IMG/VR virus record: IMGVR_UViG_3300031521_000030
Coordinates: 1-64,000 of that record
Direction: 5' to 3' (one strand)
Source of the DNA: a virus
Length of the DNA: 64,000 nucleotides
Below, piece after piece: positions 60,833-64,000 of this stretch. The notes below the pieces were generated by a model, which searched no databases, was not told where the DNA came from, and saw only the letters and a program-made list of their open reading frames with translations. Numbering within the stretch: the first letter of the stretch is position 1; the number at the start of each line of letters is the position of its first letter. The position numbers and the translations under genes are program-made.

Positions 60833-61283
60833 TTACGAGAATGTTTCCGCTGGGGAACTTCGTAACCCAATCGTGCTACTCAAGTCCGAGCGCACGCCCG
60901 ACGATAGCACGGCATTCATCCAAACCCTCACGCCCTACCACCCCGCATGGGCCAAGATCGTGGAGGCCGAGGAGTCCCGAGATAAAGGGGAGAATGAGGA
61001 CAACAAAACCGCATTCAACTTCATCATTCGCAACCCCCGGTTCGGGGTAGACTCCGGCTCCTTTGTGAGTTGGGGCGACCGGCTTTTCCGGGTTAGCAAG
61101 ACCAAGCAGTTGGGCCGGGAGTTGGAGTTCCTCCGCATCAAGGCATTCGAGCATGGTAACACATCCGGCCCGGCCTTCGGGCTTGGGGCAATCCAACACC
61201 CGGACGGTTCCCTTATTGCCCAAACCGAGCCTACCAATGATGGCTCAACCACTTCACCTTTCTGGCCGCCGGAGGAGGACTAA
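60789..61283 (+). CDS. Head closure protein
   Basis: AGELRNPI, WAKI, F.IR. Confidence 0.75.
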   Translation: MKFGRKVVGLTSRNSYENVSAGELRNPIVLLKSERTPDDSTAFIQTLTPYHPAWAKIVEAEESRDKGENEDNKTAFNFIIRNPRFGVDSGSFVSWGDRLFRVSKTKQLGRELEFLRIKAFEHGNTSGPAFGLGAIQHPDGSLIAQTEPTNDGSTTSPFWPPEED

Positions 61284-61286
61284 GCC

Positions 61287-61739
61287 ATGGCCGCCGGGGA
61301 CATTGCAACGCTTGATGAATCCCGCTACGTGCGGGCTGGATTCTTGCGGGCCTACCTCCTTTCCGAAATGCGGCGGGTAACCCGGTCTAATGCTGAGCAT
61401 ATCCGCAACCACATGAAGGCGAACATGCAAGCCCCCAAGCATGGCCACACTTACATCCGGGCGGGCGGGCGCAAGCATGTCGCTTCGGCACCGGGGGAAG
61501 CCCCCGCAATAGACACCGGGAACCTTTTCAACTCATTGAAGATTGAATATGGAAGCGGGGCCGGATACCCTACGGGGGCCTTTGCGCATATTGGGACTTC
61601 CACAACCGGCTACGCGGGGTTCCTCGAAGGGGGCACAAGCAAGATGGCAAAGAGGCCGTTCGCTGACCCTGCGCGGGCTGCATTCCAAGCTCGGTTCATC
61701 AATGACATCCGGCGGGCCATTAGCCACACACTTTCCTAA
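61287..61739 (+). CDS. HK97 gp10-like neck protein
   Basis: ASAPGEAPAIDTGNL, LEGGTSKMAKRPF. Confidence 0.82.
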   Translation: MAAGDIATLDESRYVRAGFLRAYLLSEMRRVTRSNAEHIRNHMKANMQAPKHGHTYIRAGGRKHVASAPGEAPAIDTGNLFNSLKIEYGSGAGYPTGAFAHIGTSTTGYAGFLEGGTSKMAKRPFADPARAAFQARFINDIRRAISHTLS

Positions 61740-61741
61740 CC

Positions 61742-62563
61742 ATGATCTCCCTTTCCGAAATCGTTAAGCGCGTCCGGGTAACCTGCCCATCCTTTGCCCG
61801 CCGGGTTGGGGGGACGGCTGAGTTCTCCGAAGCATCAAAGGACGAGACTTCCGACCTTCCTTTGCCGCATGCTTTTGTGATTCCCATGTTTGGTGAGGAC
61901 ATGGGCCAACTTTCCCCCAACCCGGAGGTGGCATCCGAAAAGGTCAAAGAGTTCTACGCAGTTGTCGTTTGCATTGATAACCGGGTGAACCGGGCGGGGG
62001 CGGTCGGCCTATCCAAACTTGATCCCTTGGAGCAACTGGTTGCCATCCAAAAGGAACTCCGCAAAGCGTTCATCGGTTGGCGCATGGTCCCCCAATATGA
62101 CCCCGTTCGGTATTCGCGGGATGCCCACCTTGGCATGGACAACAAGAGGATGTGGCACCAATGGGAGTGGTCCATGCAAGCTATTGAGCAACCTGATGCC
62201 ACCGATGCAAGTTATGCCGAAGTCTCCGATTTCGTTAATGAGTTGTCCAGTGATAGCATGCCTTTGAGTGGACCAAGCAATGGGCTCAGAACCATCCATG
62301 TCAATGGCAGCGAAACCGGGGCAACCGGCGGGTCCAGCTACGATGATCTTTGGCCACAAACGGACCCACCAACTGAACCATCCGAGGAGGCGTTGGTTGC
62401 CGCCCGGTTGCGTGCCGACTTCTCTCTCCCCGTTTCCCTATTGGACCCAGCGCCCCCTAGCCCCGAAGAAATTGGGGGGGCCATCACCAAGGCACCGGAC
62501 TATGTTTCACCCGATGAGGCGGGCCGCCTGATTGTTGATTCCAAGGAGGGGGCCACGGTATGA
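61742..62563 (+). CDS. Tail terminator / completion protein
   Basis: CPSFARRVGG.AEF, LPHAFVIP; synteny. Confidence 0.7.
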   Translation: MISLSEIVKRVRVTCPSFARRVGGTAEFSEASKDETSDLPLPHAFVIPMFGEDMGQLSPNPEVASEKVKEFYAVVVCIDNRVNRAGAVGLSKLDPLEQLVAIQKELRKAFIGWRMVPQYDPVRYSRDAHLGMDNKRMWHQWEWSMQAIEQPDATDASYAEVSDFVNELSSDSMPLSGPSNGLRTIHVNGSETGATGGSSYDDLWPQTDPPTEPSEEALVAARLRADFSLPVSLLDPAPPSPEEIGGAITKAPDYVSPDEAGRLIVDSKEGATV

Positions 62564-63519
62564 GTTCCGGGCGTGGCCAAGCAAACGTGGGGGGAACCCA
62601 GCACACCAAATGGGACACCGCCGAACTGGCCTCCCGGATAGAGAACCTTATCCGCGTGGGCCGCATCCATGAGGTTGACTACACGGCCAAAAAGGCTCGG
62701 GTAATCTTTGGCAAGGAAGGGGAGTCAACCGCCTTTGTCACGGACTGGCTTTCGTGGGCATCCTTGCGGGCGGGCAACAACCGGAAGTGGTCCCCACCGG
62801 AAAAGGGCGAGCAATATGCTGTCTTTGCCCCAAGTGGCCATCTGGAGAATGGGTTTGTCGGGCTGGCTATTGGCAGCGGCAACTACCCGCTCCTTGCCGA
62901 CTCCCCGGACTATGAGATGGAGGACTTCCGAAAGGATATGGACTCCGAACAAGATGGTTATTACGAATACAACCGGGCAACCGGGGTGCGTCGTTGGGTC
63001 CTCAAAGCCGGGGGTTGCTACCGTTGGGAGGTTGGAGCAGATGCAAATATCATCATGGATGGCACCCATATCCAACTCCGGGTGGGGGAAACCCAATTGG
63101 TGGTTACCAAAGATGGTATCAACCTCCATGTCCAAGGCACGGCAACCGAGTTGAAACTCTCCAAAGATTCCATTGTGGCCCACGTTGCCAATGCCGGGGT
63201 GCTTCAAATCCTCAAGGACAAGGTGGTTGCTGCCGTCAATGGGGCTAGTTTGCTCCGCATAACCGCACAGCGGGTTGTAGCGGCGGTGGCGGGGGCAATC
63301 ATGGACCTTGGCCAAAGCAAGGCAACGCTCTCCGGGGGGGCAAGCTCCTTGGAACTAGCAACCACCGCAACCCTTACCACCCCATCCTTCTCCGGCATGC
63401 AAGGCGGGGCAACCGTGGCCTCCGAGCAAGAACAAGCACCGGCAGCCGAAACCCCGCACGAAACCTTGGTCGCACCGGAGCCCCCAAAAGGCGGGGCACC
63501 CTATCGGCCATCCAAGTAG
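62560..63519 (+). CDS. Baseplate spike protein (P2 gpV-like)
   Basis: IENLIRVG, TDWLSW..RAG...WSPP.KGEQ. Confidence 0.88.
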   Translation: MSSGRGQANVGGTQHTKWDTAELASRIENLIRVGRIHEVDYTAKKARVIFGKEGESTAFVTDWLSWASLRAGNNRKWSPPEKGEQYAVFAPSGHLENGFVGLAIGSGNYPLLADSPDYEMEDFRKDMDSEQDGYYEYNRATGVRRWVLKAGGCYRWEVGADANIIMDGTHIQLRVGETQLVVTKDGINLHVQGTATELKLSKDSIVAHVANAGVLQILKDKVVAAVNGASLLRITAQRVVAAVAGAIMDLGQSKATLSGGASSLELATTATLTTPSFSGMQGGATVASEQEQAPAAETPHETLVAPEPPKGGAPYRPSK

Positions 63520-63533
63520 TGCAACAAGTTGCA
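63520..63533. repeat. 14-bp palindrome, site 22
   Basis: Between gpV and PAAR genes. Confidence 0.9.
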
Positions 63534-63538
63534 GCATT

Positions 63539-63802
63539 ATGGGAGCCATTGTTGTAAATGCTGATGTGGCCGGGGGACCCATTATTGCCATAGGGCAGAT
63601 GTGGATGACCCTTGGCGGGCGGAATGTTGCCGTCCTTGGCGACCCCGTTACCGGGCATGGTATGTATCAGCATGCAGCGCCAACCATGGTGCAGGGTTCA
63701 CCATGGTTCGCCATCAATGGCAAGCCGGTTGTGCGGCAAGGGGATAGTGCAAGTTGTGGGGACACCGCAACCGCATCCCAAACAACGTGGACGATTCCTT
63801 GA
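63539..63802 (+). CDS. PAAR-like spike tip protein
   Basis: GDPVTGH, INGKPVVRQGD..SCG. Confidence 0.85.
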   Translation: MGAIVVNADVAGGPIIAIGQMWMTLGGRNVAVLGDPVTGHGMYQHAAPTMVQGSPWFAINGKPVVRQGDSASCGDTATASQTTWTIP

Positions 63803-63836
63803 CCCCCTCCATCCCCTACGATATAAACGAACTCGT

Positions 63837-64000
63837 ATGCCACTGATTGCCCCATTAGAAGGTAGCTCAATCCAACCCACATCCCTGATGAATAGGGTGA
63901 CAGGGCAACGGATGACGGACTTTGAGCATTTGCAGCAGAGCATCATTGATTTGCTCACCACCCCATTGGGCTCCCGTTGCGAGCAGCGCGACTATGGTTG
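63837..64000 (+). CDS. Baseplate wedge protein gpW/gp25 (runs off the window)
   Basis: MNRVTG...HLQQSIIDLLTTPLGSR...RDYG. Confidence 0.88.
   Translation, partial: MPLIAPLEGSSIQPTSLMNRVTGQRMTDFEHLQQSIIDLLTTPLGSRCEQRDYG

Noticed and set aside
3780-63533. Palindrome set as a CRISPR array, REP/MITE family or att sites
   Set aside because: Copies are only 14-16 bp, kilobases apart and often in-frame within conserved genes; no spacer structure, transposase or integrase is present.
1-64000. tRNA genes or a recoded stop codon
   Set aside because: No cloverleaf was recognised, and conserved genes are full length in the standard code with all three stop codons used.

Overview
64 kb of a tailed dsDNA phage genome, probably a myovirus (gpV spike, PAAR and gpW baseplate genes; PBSX/XkdEFG-like head). 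Nearly all genes are on the + strand. Order: replication/recombination block (UDG-like domain fused to a family A DNA polymerase, primase, SSB, SF2 helicase, RecA, two PD-(D/E)XK nucleases, RuvC); ParB-like and DNA methyltransferase genes; terminase; about 31 kb of small accessory genes (SLOG/DprA-like, thioredoxin, HD-domain, ThyA, RNase H fusion); then portal, head and baseplate genes. Four HNH endonucleases plus one HNH-like ORF are interspersed. I saw no integrase, tRNA, rRNA or CRISPR array. Four patterns go beyond normal annotation. (1) A 14-bp palindrome TGCAAC(AA/TT/AT)GTTGCA occurs 22 times, at strikingly even 0.7-4.0 kb intervals across the window, inside and between genes. (2) A sigma70-type promoter TTGCCA-N17-TAnnnT with a conserved spacer occurs 19 times, often with leaderless geometry. 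(3) An R-[TVSQ]-R-[TS]-R peptide sits on the terminal tails of about 10 unrelated, mostly DNA-transaction proteins. (4) A second, C-terminal R-x-[IL]-[DE]-[ML] peptide ends five accessory proteins. Two homing endonucleases carry recoded duplicates of a neighbouring gene end. All calls come from reading motifs by eye; no database search was run.
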